Positions 35,753 through 45,892 of a stretch of 64,000 nucleotides of DNA are shown here, piece after piece. Both the position numbers and the translations under genes were made by a program. Each line of letters starts with the position of its first letter. Positions within the stretch are counted from its first letter, which is position 1. The notes beneath the pieces were generated by a model that saw only the letters and a list, made by a program, of their open reading frames with translations, was not told the origin of the DNA and ran no database searches. Origin of the DNA: Frankiaceae bacterium. Its GTDB lineage: Bacteria; Actinomycetota; Actinomycetes; JAFAQI01. The stretch spans positions 39,870 to 103,869 of the forward strand of contig JAFAZI010000047.1 of the NCBI GenBank assembly GCA_019239875.1, in the 5' to 3' direction.

Positions 35753-36667
35753 ATGCCCAGCACTACCTACGCCGCTGAGTCCAAGATCGTCGATCTGGAC
35801 GGTCCAACGCATTACCTCGACTTCGGCGGACCCTCCGACGGCCCGTTGATCCTCGCCGTGCATGGCCTGTCAGGCGCGGCGTGGAACTGGCTCGCGGTCG
35901 CGCCGTTGCTGACCCAGCGATGCCGGATGATCGCCGTCGACCTGGCCGGTCACGGCGAGACCCCGCGGGTCGACCGGTCCACAACCGTCCGTGCCAACCG
36001 TCGACTGCTCGACCGATTCATCCGTGAGGTCGTCGGCGAGCCGGTTGTGCTGATGGGCAACTCGATGGGCGGCCTGATCACCCTGCTCGAATCGGCGGCG
36101 GCACCGGACCTCGTCGAGGGCGCGATCCTGGTCGATCCGGCCGTCCCCGGCCCGTTGCTCACGTCGGTCGACCGACGCACGGCGATGCAGTTCGCCGTGG
36201 TGGCGATTCCGAAGCTGGGCGAGGCAGCGATGGCCCGGCGGCGTGGCCAGCAGAGCGTCGCGGAGCAGGTTCGCGAGACCCTGAAGTTCTGCACGGTCGA
36301 CGTCAACCGGATCCCGAACGAGGTCATCGAGGCCGGCATCGCCTCGATCAACTCGCGGAAGCCCGGCGACTTCACCCCCGCTGACATCATGATCGCGGGC
36401 CGATCACTGCTGCGCCTGATGAGCCGGCCACAGGCGCTGCGACGCCGGTTCCGGGCGGTCACCGCGCCGGTGCTGCTGATCCACGGTGACCGGGACCGGC
36501 TGGTGTCGATCAAGGTCGCCAAAGCGTGCGCTCGCGCATTTCCGGAATGGCGGCTGGAGATCGCGACGGACATCGGGCACGTCCCGATGCTCGAGACGCC
36601 CGAGTGGACCGCCGAGAAGGTCCTCGACTGGATGACGACCGACGCGAAGCTGCTCGATCCCGCCTAG
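35753..36667 (+). CDS. alpha/beta-fold hydrolase
   Basis: HGLSGAAWNW...LMGNSMGG (GxSxG nucleophile elbow)...IHGDRDRLV...GHVPMLE; ATG 35753. Confidence 0.75.
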   Translation: MPSTTYAAESKIVDLDGPTHYLDFGGPSDGPLILAVHGLSGAAWNWLAVAPLLTQRCRMIAVDLAGHGETPRVDRSTTVRANRRLLDRFIREVVGEPVVLMGNSMGGLITLLESAAAPDLVEGAILVDPAVPGPLLTSVDRRTAMQFAVVAIPKLGEAAMARRRGQQSVAEQVRETLKFCTVDVNRIPNEVIEAGIASINSRKPGDFTPADIMIAGRSLLRLMSRPQALRRRFRAVTAPVLLIHGDRDRLVSIKVAKACARAFPEWRLEIATDIGHVPMLETPEWTAEKVLDWMTTDAKLLDPA

Positions 36668-38467
36668 TCACAGGTGCGGGTAGACCGCCGACTCATCGGG
36701 CTGCGGCGGGAAGGTCGTGTCCTCGCCGGGGGGAAGCAGCGCGTCGGTCGTGAACGACTCGCATGGCCCGTAGGCGCTCGTGTAGGTCGTCGCGACTTTG
36801 CCGAGCTGATCGGCCGCACCGCGCAGCAGTGAACATGTCAGCCGAAGGCCGAACGTGTGCGACACGTTGAAGAAGTAGTTGTCGTTGCCGACCGGGTCGG
36901 GGCAGCCGACCGAGACGTCGCCAGCGCCACACGCCGGATCGCCGTTCGGCGGCGGGTCGCCACTGAGCACCGAGCGCCGCACCGGTTCGGGGTACGCCGA
37001 CAGCGGCGCGACGATGTAACCGAGGAAGTCACCCGCGGTGCCGATGTTGAGATATCCCTGCATCCCCCGCACGGAGTGCCTGACCTTCGCGACGATCTGC
37101 GGGTACATCTCCCCCGGACCGCCGCTGATCAGGAGGCGGCCGATCCGGCCGGAGTACGACGTGGTCCCGAGCAGTGCGCCGGTGAACCACGGAAAGCCGA
37201 TCGCCCGCGCCGCCGGCGCGCCGATGACAGTGCCGCCGTACAGCAGAGTGAGGAGCGTGGGTGAGGTGGCCGGGTCGAGCAGGAGGTAGCTCGACATCCC
37301 TACGATCGCCGGGCCTCGCACCGGCCTCGCGTGATGCACCGCATAGCGGACCTTCGCCATCACTCGAGCCGCATACTCGTCAAGCTCACACAGGTACTCC
37401 CGCGAGCCCTTTCGGTTGGGCTTGGAGCATCCGGTCCGGGCCGGCTGGGTCCGGCCGAGGGTGCCGACCTGATCGAATCCGAACCCGCCGTACCGCTTCG
37501 CGAGCTTTCGGTTGAGGCGACCGACGTAGTCGCCCGTGACCTTGGTGTTGTCGCTACCCAGAACGGTCGGGTGCGACGAGAAGTTCACATACGTGCCGAG
37601 CAACCGGTTGCCCTTGACGGTGCGCGCCTGCAGCACACGGATCTGGTCGTCGACCACCTGGTTCTTCGGATCGTTCGAGAACTGGTTCGTCAGCAGGGGA
37701 CCACCGCCGCCGCTTGCCGGATAACGCTTGTGCTCGCTCTCGACCCCCGCGTGGGCGACGCCGTACGTGAGTGTGGCGCGATGCATATGACGCCAGGCCG
37801 CGACCAGCGCGCTCACCGTGTGGTCGTGGACCAGGCGCAGATACGACGTCGGCACGCCGCCCCACACGCCGACCGTGTCCGGACCGCCGTGCGAGTGGTC
37901 CGAGTCGACGAGGATCTGTGCGGCGGTCGGCGCCGGCGCCGAGTGCTTGTGACGAGCAGCGAGCTTCGCGATCTTCGCGGCAGCGTCGTGCCGGATCTCT
38001 TCGATGCCGAACGGGCCCTGCTTGTACGACGCGAAGTAGCCCTGAGTCTCGATCTGACCGAAGGCGATCGTACGGCGACCGTCACTCACCATCATCGCGT
38101 GGCTGTGCGCGCCGTCACCGAGGATTCCGGTGGCATAACGGCCGGAGGTCCCGGGAACCTGGATCTCGTTGCCCACCTTGTAGTCACCGAGGCCGTAGCC
38201 ACCGAGGTAGAAGTCCTTGGCGGCGAGCATCCCCTTGGGGGGATTGATCGATCGTTTGGCGCCCCCGACCAGGTAGACGGCCTTGCCATGCACACGCGGG
38301 AGGACGTCGCTGGTGCGTGGCGCTGCCGCCGAGCCGGCGGTGCGAGGCGTTGCCGCCGCCGTACTGCTGGCGGCAGCCGGGATCACGGCGGCCGACAAAA
38401 CGCCAGCGGCAGCGACGGCGACGCTCAAGCGATGGTTCACAACACGATCCTTTGGCTCGGAGCTCAC
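36668..38467 (-). CDS. secreted neutral/alkaline-ceramidase-family hydrolase (paralog 1)
   Basis: Signal peptide (VNHRLSVAVAAAGVLSAAVIPAAA); QILVDSDHSHGGPDTVGVWGGVPTSYLRLVHDHTVSALVAAWRHMHRATLTYG resembles the ceramidase SATHTHSGPGG...HENLRPG block; exact start uncertain. Confidence 0.45.
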   Translation of the reverse strand: MSSEPKDRVVNHRLSVAVAAAGVLSAAVIPAAASSTAAATPRTAGSAAAPRTSDVLPRVHGKAVYLVGGAKRSINPPKGMLAAKDFYLGGYGLGDYKVGNEIQVPGTSGRYATGILGDGAHSHAMMVSDGRRTIAFGQIETQGYFASYKQGPFGIEEIRHDAAAKIAKLAARHKHSAPAPTAAQILVDSDHSHGGPDTVGVWGGVPTSYLRLVHDHTVSALVAAWRHMHRATLTYGVAHAGVESEHKRYPASGGGGPLLTNQFSNDPKNQVVDDQIRVLQARTVKGNRLLGTYVNFSSHPTVLGSDNTKVTGDYVGRLNRKLAKRYGGFGFDQVGTLGRTQPARTGCSKPNRKGSREYLCELDEYAARVMAKVRYAVHHARPVRGPAIVGMSSYLLLDPATSPTLLTLLYGGTVIGAPAARAIGFPWFTGALLGTTSYSGRIGRLLISGGPGEMYPQIVAKVRHSVRGMQGYLNIGTAGDFLGYIVAPLSAYPEPVRRSVLSGDPPPNGDPACGAGDVSVGCPDPVGNDNYFFNVSHTFGLRLTCSLLRGAADQLGKVATTYTSAYGPCESFTTDALLPPGEDTTFPPQPDESAVYPHL

Positions 38468-38547
38468 CCCGTGTAACGAGCCGGCTCGAGAAAGGATTCG
38501 CCTTCTATTGGGCGAAACCTCCTACACCCTCACTCGTTGGACGGTTC

Positions 38548-41481
38548 ATGCGACGACAGCTCACTGCCCTGGTGGCGATTGCGGTCCTCGCGGGAAGCGT
38601 CACCGCCACCCTGCCGCGAGCAGCGGCGACACCCGGGTGGACCGGCCTGCGCGCAGGAGCGGCACTCGTCGACGCCACATGGCATGTCGGGGCGTCCGCC
38701 GGACAGTACGCGAGCAACGTCGGCGAGTCCGACATCCAGGGCGAGTGGGACCCGCAGGTCTCGTCGACCGCCAAGCGATCGTCGTACGGCGTCGCATCCC
38801 GCCTGTCGATCAGCGCGATCGTGGTTCAGGACGGCAAGGGCAACCCTCCGGTCGCGCTCGTGCGCGACGACAACTACCTCGCGCAGGACATGCTCATCCG
38901 GCGGGCCGGGCAGATCCTCGCCGCCGCGCACAGTCCGGTGACCTACGACCACATCCTGTTGTCGGCCTCGCACGATCACAACTCGCCGTACTACTCCTCG
39001 CCGGCGGTCGGCGTCTGGCTGTTCCAGGACGCGATGGATCTGCGGATGTTCGAGTACCAGGCGCATCAGATCGCCACTGCGATCGAGCGCGCAACCGCCG
39101 CACTCCGGCCGGCGCGGGTCGGCGCGACCACCGTGCAGTTTCCAGGTTTTCAGGGCAACATCGCGGGCTCCGGCGTCCAAGAGGACGGATCACCGGTCGG
39201 CTACCCGTTGCAGGACAACGACCACGGCCTGGTCGTGATGCGCTTCGACGACATGTCGAACCCGAGCTCCCCGGAGCCGCTCGCGACCTGGGTCAACTAC
39301 GCCGAACACGGCGAGTCTCTCGACGAGTACGACCTGATCAGCCAGGACTGGATCGCGCCGTTCTACCGGTACCTGTCGCAGGCGACCGATGCGCCTGTCG
39401 TCTTCAGCCAGGGATCGGTCGGCTCGGCTGAGGGTCCGTACGAGGGCGCCTATCCGAAGGGACAGGTGCCGACGCTGCACGACGGCAGCGACCCGGTCGA
39501 CGCGATCTACGGCCACATGGGGTACGCGCAGGCGGAACGAGGCGCGCACCTGCTCGCCCAGCAGGCCATCAACGCCTGGCAGGCGATCGGTGGCGCCGAC
39601 AACGGCATCGACGTCCAGGCGCCGTACGACGACAACCCGACGGTGACCATGCTCACGCGCTGGTACGCCGGGCCGCTGTCGCATCCCTATCCCTCGGTGA
39701 GCAACTGCCGGAGTGACGAGACACTCGGTGGCGACCTCGGCGCACCCGTCCTCGGCATCCCCGACTGCGAACGGGTCGGGAGCGCGATCGGGCTCACCCT
39801 GCCGTTCTCACCCGACTTCTTCGGCCGGCTCAAGGCGCTCGGCCTGCCGATCCCGGACAACTATGACGCGCCTTCGGCGGTCGCGCTCGAAGAGAACTTG
39901 CGGCTGAAGCTGCAGGCGGTACGGATCGGCTCGAGCCTCCTCGCCTCATGCGCGTGCGAGCCGCAGAGCGACCTGATCAAGGACCTGGAGTCGCGCACCG
40001 ACGACCACGTCGGCAACCAGTTCTTCGGCTTCGACTACGCCAACCAGGCGGACGTGAACGAGGGGTGGCCGGTCGGCTACGACAATGGCGTGCCTGCGGC
40101 GCCGGTCAGAGCTTGCTATGCGGTCGACGCCTCGTCGTACTCGTGCCCGGACCCTGGCGACCGCCTCGGCGTGCGGCGGCTCACGGTCTCCAAGGCCGCG
40201 TTCGACCACATGGAGGCGGAGATCAACAATGACGCCGCCGGATGGAATGACTCGTCCTACGCCGATCAAGCCAACACGGAACCGGCCGACATCACTGCGA
40301 TCAAGGGGAACTTCACGCACACCGAGCTCGGCGCCGGCGAGTTCGCGTCCTGCCCGGGTTACGCACTGACCGTAGGGCTCGGGCACACGGGCGACTACAA
40401 CGGTTACACGGTGTCCTACCGCGAGTACGAAGCGCGCGACTCCTACCGCAAAGCGCTCACTGCATATGGGCCGCACACTGCCGACTACATGGTGACCAAC
40501 CTGCTCGGCATGGCGGCGAACCTGTTGTGCGGGACCCCAGTGCCGACCCAGCCGACGGACTCGATCGCCGCGGCCGACGAGCAGCGGCAGGTCAACGAGG
40601 CCAACACCCTCGGCGCCATCTCCGCCGCCTACTACCGGAGCTGGAGCGCGCAGATCCCGGACAGCGCCGGACCGGCCGCGATTCTCAAGCAGCCACACAA
40701 GCGCAAGCGGTTCGACACCGCGACCCTGACCTGGCGGGGCGGCGACAACTGGACCGACAACCCGGTCGTCCGGGTCAAGCGGCGGGTGAACGGGAAGTGG
40801 GTGCGGTACGCCGATCAGAGCGGGCAGATCCAGACCGTGCTCGACCGCAGACCGGCCGCGACATCCGAAGCGCTGAAGCACTACTCAGGTCAGCAGGAAT
40901 GGACGTGGACCGCGAACTTCGAGGTCTTCGACAGCTACCCGCGCGCCGACGTCGCCGGCGGGCAGACGCCGAACGGGCGCTACCGCTTCGTCGTGCGTGG
41001 CCACATCCATCGCGGCGGCACGGTTCGCACGTACCGCCTGGCGTCGAAGCCGTTCACCGTCCGGCCGTGGAGCGGCATCCGGATCAGCTATCAGAAATGG
41101 ACGAGACGCGGCGCGACTTTCTGGTTCGATCCGATCCACTACCCGCGGATGCCGAAGCACCGGTCGAAGTACGTGAAGTTCTACGCGGATGACAAGGGCG
41201 GCAAGGGCGATCACAGCTTGATCTGCAAGACCTGCACCTTCCTGCCGTGGGCGCAGACCGGACAGCTTGCCAGCGTCACCGTCACAGTGGTTCGGCATCG
41301 CCACGTCATCGGACAAGTTGCGGCGACCCGTGTCGGCGCACGACGCTGGTTCGTCCCGATACCGAAGACGAAGCACGAGCACCTCGTCGTCCGCCACGGC
41401 GGAGCCCGTGACACGTACGGCGAGATCAATCGCTACGCCGCCCGGGTGCACCCCGGCAGACAACCGCCGCCGCCACCCTGA
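38548..41481 (+). CDS. secreted neutral/alkaline-ceramidase-family hydrolase (paralog 2, 977 aa with C-terminal extension)
   Basis: ATG 38548 gives signal MRRQLTALVAIAVLAGSVTATLPRAAA; LLSASHDHNSPYYSSPAVGVWLFQDAMDLRMFEYQAHQIATAIERATAALRPARVG aligns with the neutral ceramidase core; track ORF has a 77-codon artefactual N-extension. Confidence 0.5.
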   Translation: MRRQLTALVAIAVLAGSVTATLPRAAATPGWTGLRAGAALVDATWHVGASAGQYASNVGESDIQGEWDPQVSSTAKRSSYGVASRLSISAIVVQDGKGNPPVALVRDDNYLAQDMLIRRAGQILAAAHSPVTYDHILLSASHDHNSPYYSSPAVGVWLFQDAMDLRMFEYQAHQIATAIERATAALRPARVGATTVQFPGFQGNIAGSGVQEDGSPVGYPLQDNDHGLVVMRFDDMSNPSSPEPLATWVNYAEHGESLDEYDLISQDWIAPFYRYLSQATDAPVVFSQGSVGSAEGPYEGAYPKGQVPTLHDGSDPVDAIYGHMGYAQAERGAHLLAQQAINAWQAIGGADNGIDVQAPYDDNPTVTMLTRWYAGPLSHPYPSVSNCRSDETLGGDLGAPVLGIPDCERVGSAIGLTLPFSPDFFGRLKALGLPIPDNYDAPSAVALEENLRLKLQAVRIGSSLLASCACEPQSDLIKDLESRTDDHVGNQFFGFDYANQADVNEGWPVGYDNGVPAAPVRACYAVDASSYSCPDPGDRLGVRRLTVSKAAFDHMEAEINNDAAGWNDSSYADQANTEPADITAIKGNFTHTELGAGEFASCPGYALTVGLGHTGDYNGYTVSYREYEARDSYRKALTAYGPHTADYMVTNLLGMAANLLCGTPVPTQPTDSIAAADEQRQVNEANTLGAISAAYYRSWSAQIPDSAGPAAILKQPHKRKRFDTATLTWRGGDNWTDNPVVRVKRRVNGKWVRYADQSGQIQTVLDRRPAATSEALKHYSGQQEWTWTANFEVFDSYPRADVAGGQTPNGRYRFVVRGHIHRGGTVRTYRLASKPFTVRPWSGIRISYQKWTRRGATFWFDPIHYPRMPKHRSKYVKFYADDKGGKGDHSLICKTCTFLPWAQTGQLASVTVTVVRHRHVIGQVAATRVGARRWFVPIPKTKHEHLVVRHGGARDTYGEINRYAARVHPGRQPPPPP

Positions 41482-41496
41482 CGTCGGCGCCCGCGG

Positions 41497-42736
41497 TCAG
41501 GCGAGCAGATCCTTCGCGATGTGCGTGATCTGGACCTCGTTGCTGCCGGCGTAGATCATCAATGACTTCGCGTCGCGTGCGAGCTGCTCCACGCGGTACT
41601 CCGACATGTAGCCGTTGCCGCCGAACAGCTGCACGGCTTCCATGGCGACCTCGGTGGCCGCCTGCGACGCGTAGTACTTCATCGCCGACGCCTCCGCGAG
41701 GGTCGGGGACTTCCCAGCCCGACGCAGCTCGAGGGCCCGGAACACCATGCCTTCCACATTGAGCCGGGCGACCTCCATGTTCGCGAGCTTCAGCTGGATC
41801 AGCTGGAAGTCACCGATTCGCTGACCCCAGAGCTCTCGCTTCTTGGCATAGTCGACGCAGAGCCGCAGACACTCCTCGATCACGCCGAGGGACATCGCGG
41901 CGATGCCGACGCGCTCGGTGACGAAGTTCGCTCGCGCGCTCTCGCGGCCGTCTTGCGCCGCCGCACCTGACGGGTCGCCGAGCAGCCGATCCGGCTCGAG
42001 ATAGACATCGGAGAAGAACAGCTGACCCGTAGGTGACGCGTGGATGCCCATCTTCTTTAACGGCTTTGACTGCGTGAACCCCGGCATGCCCGCGTCGAGA
42101 ACGAAGGTCAGGACCGGACGCTTCCGCTTGTCGACCCCGCTCCCGTCGTCGAGCTTCGCGTAGACGACAGTGGTGTCGGCGTACGGACCGTTGGTGATGA
42201 AGGTCTTCTCGCCGTTCAGGACGTAGCCGTCGCCCTGCCGGCGGACCGTCGTCGTCATGCCACCGAACGCATCGGAACCGGAGTTGGGCTCGGTGATCGC
42301 CCAGGCGCCGACCTTGTCGAAAGTCAGCAGGTCGGGCACCCACCGCTCCTTCTGCTCGATCGTGCCACGCGACATGATCGTCCCCGCCGACAGTCCGACG
42401 CTGACCCCCATGGCCGAGGTGAGGCCCATGTTCACCTTGCACAGCTCCATCGACAGGATGAGGGTCATCGCCTCGTTGTTGGCTCCCGCCGTCAGTGACT
42501 TCGGCTTCTCGACCGGTGCGTCACCCGCTGCCGCGGCACGCTCCTTCTCCATCGTCTGCTTGAAGTTGTCGAGCGCCATCGCGTCGACACCGAAGGTCGA
42601 GAACAGCTTGCGGATGATCGGGTACGGCAGCATCTCACCGTCTTCGAGCGCATCCGCGTGCGGCCGGATCTCCTTGTCGGCGAACTCCCGAATCGCTTCC
42701 TGAATGGCGAGCTCGGTGTCAGACCACCCGATCAAT
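41497..42736 (-). CDS. acyl-CoA dehydrogenase
   Basis: Start at TTG 42736 (RBS GAGGAGACGAGGAAG) giving (M)IGWSDTELAIQEAIREFADKEIRP...; C-terminal QLFGGNGYMSEYRVEQLARDAKSLMIYAGSNEVQ; track ORF N-extension overlaps the upstream gene. Confidence 0.85.
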
Positions 42737-42761
42737 GCTTCCTCGTCTCCTCGGTGATGGA

Positions 42762-43625
42762 TCAGTCGGCGATCGTCGCCAGGCCGTCGCGGATGACCAG
42801 ATCTGGTCCGACCGCAGTCTCGTACGCGTAGGTCGTCGTGCCGCCGCCGCGCGCGGTCCGCCAGAACGACGTCTCGATGTCCTGTCCGGGTAGCACCGGC
42901 TTCGAGAACCGCACCGCGAGTCGCCGGAGCCGGCGAGAATCGCCGCCGGCCAGCTCGGTCACCGCGGCCCACGAGGTGAACGCCAGGGTGCACATGCCAT
43001 GCGCGATGATCCCGGGGAGCCCGGCGGCCGTCGCAAAGTCCTCATCGAGATGGATCGGCACGGGATCCCCGGCGGCTGGTCCGTAGCGATACGTCTGATC
43101 GTGGTCGACGTGCTGAACCACCGTCGCCACCGGCGCGGTCGCCTCGGCTGATGAGTCGAAGCTGTGCTCCGGCCCGAGCTCGCCGACCTTCGGGCCGGCG
43201 TCGTAGCCACGGAAGAAGAAGGTGACGTACTGCTCGTTGACGAGCTGACCGTGCCGGTCATGGCACTCGATCTGGATCGTGCCGCGAGTACCGGTCGGCT
43301 TGCCCTCGTACCCGGTCGCCTTGCATCGCGTCGTGAGGACGTCGCCAGGACGGATCGGCCGGTGGAAGTGGAAGTCCTGCTCGCCGTGGAGCAACCGCGG
43401 CAACAGGTCGACCGGTGCGATGGAGAAGGCCGCGCTACCCATCGCTCCGAAAACCGGGACGATCGCGAAGGCCGGCGGGGCGAGCTCCCCCGATCGGTGC
43501 GCTGCGATCGGATCGTTCGTGGCCGCGGCATACTCCGCGATTCGTTCGGCGGTCACCTCGAAGGTGCTCGGTTCCTGCCAGACACCGACCCCGGCCGGGT
43601 TGAACGAGATGTCGTCCTCGCTCAT
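42762..43625 (-). CDS. MaoC-like (R)-specific enoyl-CoA hydratase / double hot-dog dehydratase
   Basis: 287 aa, two hot-dog halves (…FHFHRPIRPGDVLTT… and …AHGMCTLAFTSWAA…). Confidence 0.7.
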   Translation of the reverse strand: MSEDDISFNPAGVGVWQEPSTFEVTAERIAEYAAATNDPIAAHRSGELAPPAFAIVPVFGAMGSAAFSIAPVDLLPRLLHGEQDFHFHRPIRPGDVLTTRCKATGYEGKPTGTRGTIQIECHDRHGQLVNEQYVTFFFRGYDAGPKVGELGPEHSFDSSAEATAPVATVVQHVDHDQTYRYGPAAGDPVPIHLDEDFATAAGLPGIIAHGMCTLAFTSWAAVTELAGGDSRRLRRLAVRFSKPVLPGQDIETSFWRTARGGGTTTYAYETAVGPDLVIRDGLATIAD

Positions 43626-43636
43626 CGCCGAGACCG

Positions 43637-44833
43637 TCAGCGATTCGCGGGCTGGTAGGCGGTCACGACGACTGCGCCGCCAAGGCCGATGTTGTGTTGG
43701 AGTGCGATCTTCGCGCCGTCCACCTGACGCTTGTCCGCTTCACCTCGCAGCTGCCAGGTGAGCTCGGAGCACTGGGCTAGACCCGTGGCGCCCAGCGGAT
43801 GCCCCTTCGAGATCAGACCCCCCGACGGATTGACGACCCACCGACCGCCGTACGTCGTGTCACCCGCGTCCACCAGCTTGCCGCCGTCGCCGCCGGGACA
43901 CAGGCCAAGAGCTTCGTAGGTGAGCAGCTCGTTGGCGGAGAAGCAGTCGTGCAGCTCGATCACGTCGATCTCGTCGGGGGTGATACCCGCCTGCTCGTAG
44001 ACCTTGCGGGCAGCCTCACGTGTCATCTCCACGCCCACGACGGCCGCCGCGCTGTTGTTCTCGAACGTGCTCGTCATGTCCGTGACCATTGCCTGCCCGA
44101 CGATCTCGATGGCCTGCTCACCAAGATCGTGGTGCTCGACGAACCGCTCGCTCACAATGATCGCCGCACCCGAGCCGTCCGACGTCGGCGAGCACTGCAG
44201 GCGGGTCAGCCCCAGCGGTTCGTAGATCATCTTCGACGCCTGGATCTCCTCCAGCGTGTACTCGTCCTGGAACTGCGCGTACGGGTTGTTGACCGAATGC
44301 CTGTGATTCTTCTGGCCGATCTTTGCGAACTGCTCCGGCGTCGACCCGTACTTCTCCATGTGTTCGACGCCCGCTGCGCCGAACATCCAGGGCGCAAGCG
44401 GGAAGGTCAGTTCTCGCATCTCGCTCAGCGCGACGACATGTTTGGTCATCGGCTGCTCGCGATCGTCGTACGTGGTCGTGAGCGACCCTGCCTTCATCTT
44501 CTCGAAGCCGAGTGCGAGCGCGCAGTCGACAACGCCACTGCGAACCGCTTGGTTCGCGAGGAACAGCGCCGTTGAACCGGTCGAGCAGTTGTTGTTGACG
44601 TTGATGACGGGGATGCCGGTGAGGCCGAGCTCGTAGACCGCGCGCTGGCCAGAGGTGGACTCGCCGTACACGTATCCGACGTACGCCTGCTCCACCTCGT
44701 CGTAGGAGATTCCCGCATCCTCCAGTGCCTTGGTGCCGGCCTCCCGCGCCATGTCCGGGTAGTCCCATTCGCGGCTGCCCGGCTTCTCGAACTTCGTCAT
44801 GCCGACGCCGACGACGTAGGTCTTACCGCTCAC
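43637..44833 (-). CDS. thiolase-like lipid-transfer protein (SCP-x-type non-condensing thiolase)
   Basis: GTG 44833 (RBS GAGGAG): [37 protein letters not shown]...[18 protein letters not shown]; forms a tight minus-strand operon with the MaoC and ACAD genes. Confidence 0.8.
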   Translation of the reverse strand: MSGKTYVVGVGMTKFEKPGSREWDYPDMAREAGTKALEDAGISYDEVEQAYVGYVYGESTSGQRAVYELGLTGIPVINVNNNCSTGSTALFLANQAVRSGVVDCALALGFEKMKAGSLTTTYDDREQPMTKHVVALSEMRELTFPLAPWMFGAAGVEHMEKYGSTPEQFAKIGQKNHRHSVNNPYAQFQDEYTLEEIQASKMIYEPLGLTRLQCSPTSDGSGAAIIVSERFVEHHDLGEQAIEIVGQAMVTDMTSTFENNSAAAVVGVEMTREAARKVYEQAGITPDEIDVIELHDCFSANELLTYEALGLCPGGDGGKLVDAGDTTYGGRWVVNPSGGLISKGHPLGATGLAQCSELTWQLRGEADKRQVDGAKIALQHNIGLGGAVVVTAYQPANR

Positions 44834-44971
44834 TGCACGTGCTCCTCGACCTCGGTACGGCGCCGCAGCGTCCCCCGTTACGGCGATCCGACCGGGACAC
44901 GCCGAGTGAGGACGTCCCGATCGGGCATAGGCATCGTGGGAGTTTAACGGCATACATACCGGCCCGCTGAT

Positions 44972-45889
44972 GTGTATGCCGCGGCGGAGGAGGCAGCTGT
45001 GACCGGGACCACGACCATCTCGCGACACCGCCCGGTCAACGAGAGCTACCGCTCCTTCGGCGACGTCCGCACCCGAGTCCTCGAGGTCGCCGGATCAGGA
45101 CCGCCACTCGTGTGCCTGCACGGGTACTCCGACCAGGCGGACACGTGGCGACCGTTGATGCGTGCGCTCCGGGCCGCCGATCGCCGGGTCATCGCCGTCG
45201 ACCTTCCCGGGTTCGGTCGCGCGTCCGCCCTCCAACCTGGTCTGGTTCTCCCGCAGCTCGACCGGTTCGTCGCCGAGACCGTCCGGTCGGCGGCCGACTC
45301 GGCCGGCCAGGCCGCTGTCGTCATCGGCAACTCCCTCGGTGGTATCGCCGCGCTGCGCGCCGGCGCTGATCGCGCACTGCCGATTGCCGGCGTAGTTCCG
45401 ATCTCTCCCGCGGGCTTCGGCCACTCCCGCGCTTTACGGTGGGCGCAGCACAGCGACGCTGTGCTGCCGATGTTGCAGCGCGGGCGGCTGCCGATGCCGG
45501 TGGTGCGCAGCGTCATGACGATGGCATTCCGGCGGGCGTCATGTGGAAATCCTCGGCGAGCCGACCACGAAGCGGTGCGGGCTTACGCCGGCCAGTTCCG
45601 GACGCGCGGCGACCTGTACCGGATGCTGTCGACCGCGCCGTCACTGCTCACTGAGCTCGGGCAAGGCCACGAGGTGTCGCCGGTCGACGTGCCCGTGCTC
45701 CTCCTGTGGGGCGACCATGACCGCCTGACGCTGCACCGCGGCTCGGAGCGAGTGCTCGAGGTGATCCCCCACACGGAGCTCGTCACGCTCGCGGGCTTCG
45801 GCCACTGCCCTCAGCTCGAGGCCGCTCCCCGCGTCGCGGAGCTGATCAACGACTTCGTCGACCGCGTCACCGGACCGTCCGTCGGCTGA
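44972..45889 (+). CDS. alpha/beta-fold hydrolase
   Basis: [11 protein letters not shown]...IGNSLGG...LWGDHDRL...GHCPQLE. Confidence 0.7.
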   Translation: MYAAAEEAAVTGTTTISRHRPVNESYRSFGDVRTRVLEVAGSGPPLVCLHGYSDQADTWRPLMRALRAADRRVIAVDLPGFGRASALQPGLVLPQLDRFVAETVRSAADSAGQAAVVIGNSLGGIAALRAGADRALPIAGVVPISPAGFGHSRALRWAQHSDAVLPMLQRGRLPMPVVRSVMTMAFRRASCGNPRRADHEAVRAYAGQFRTRGDLYRMLSTAPSLLTELGQGHEVSPVDVPVLLLWGDHDRLTLHRGSERVLEVIPHTELVTLAGFGHCPQLEAAPRVAELINDFVDRVTGPSVG

Positions 45890-45892
45890 GAC

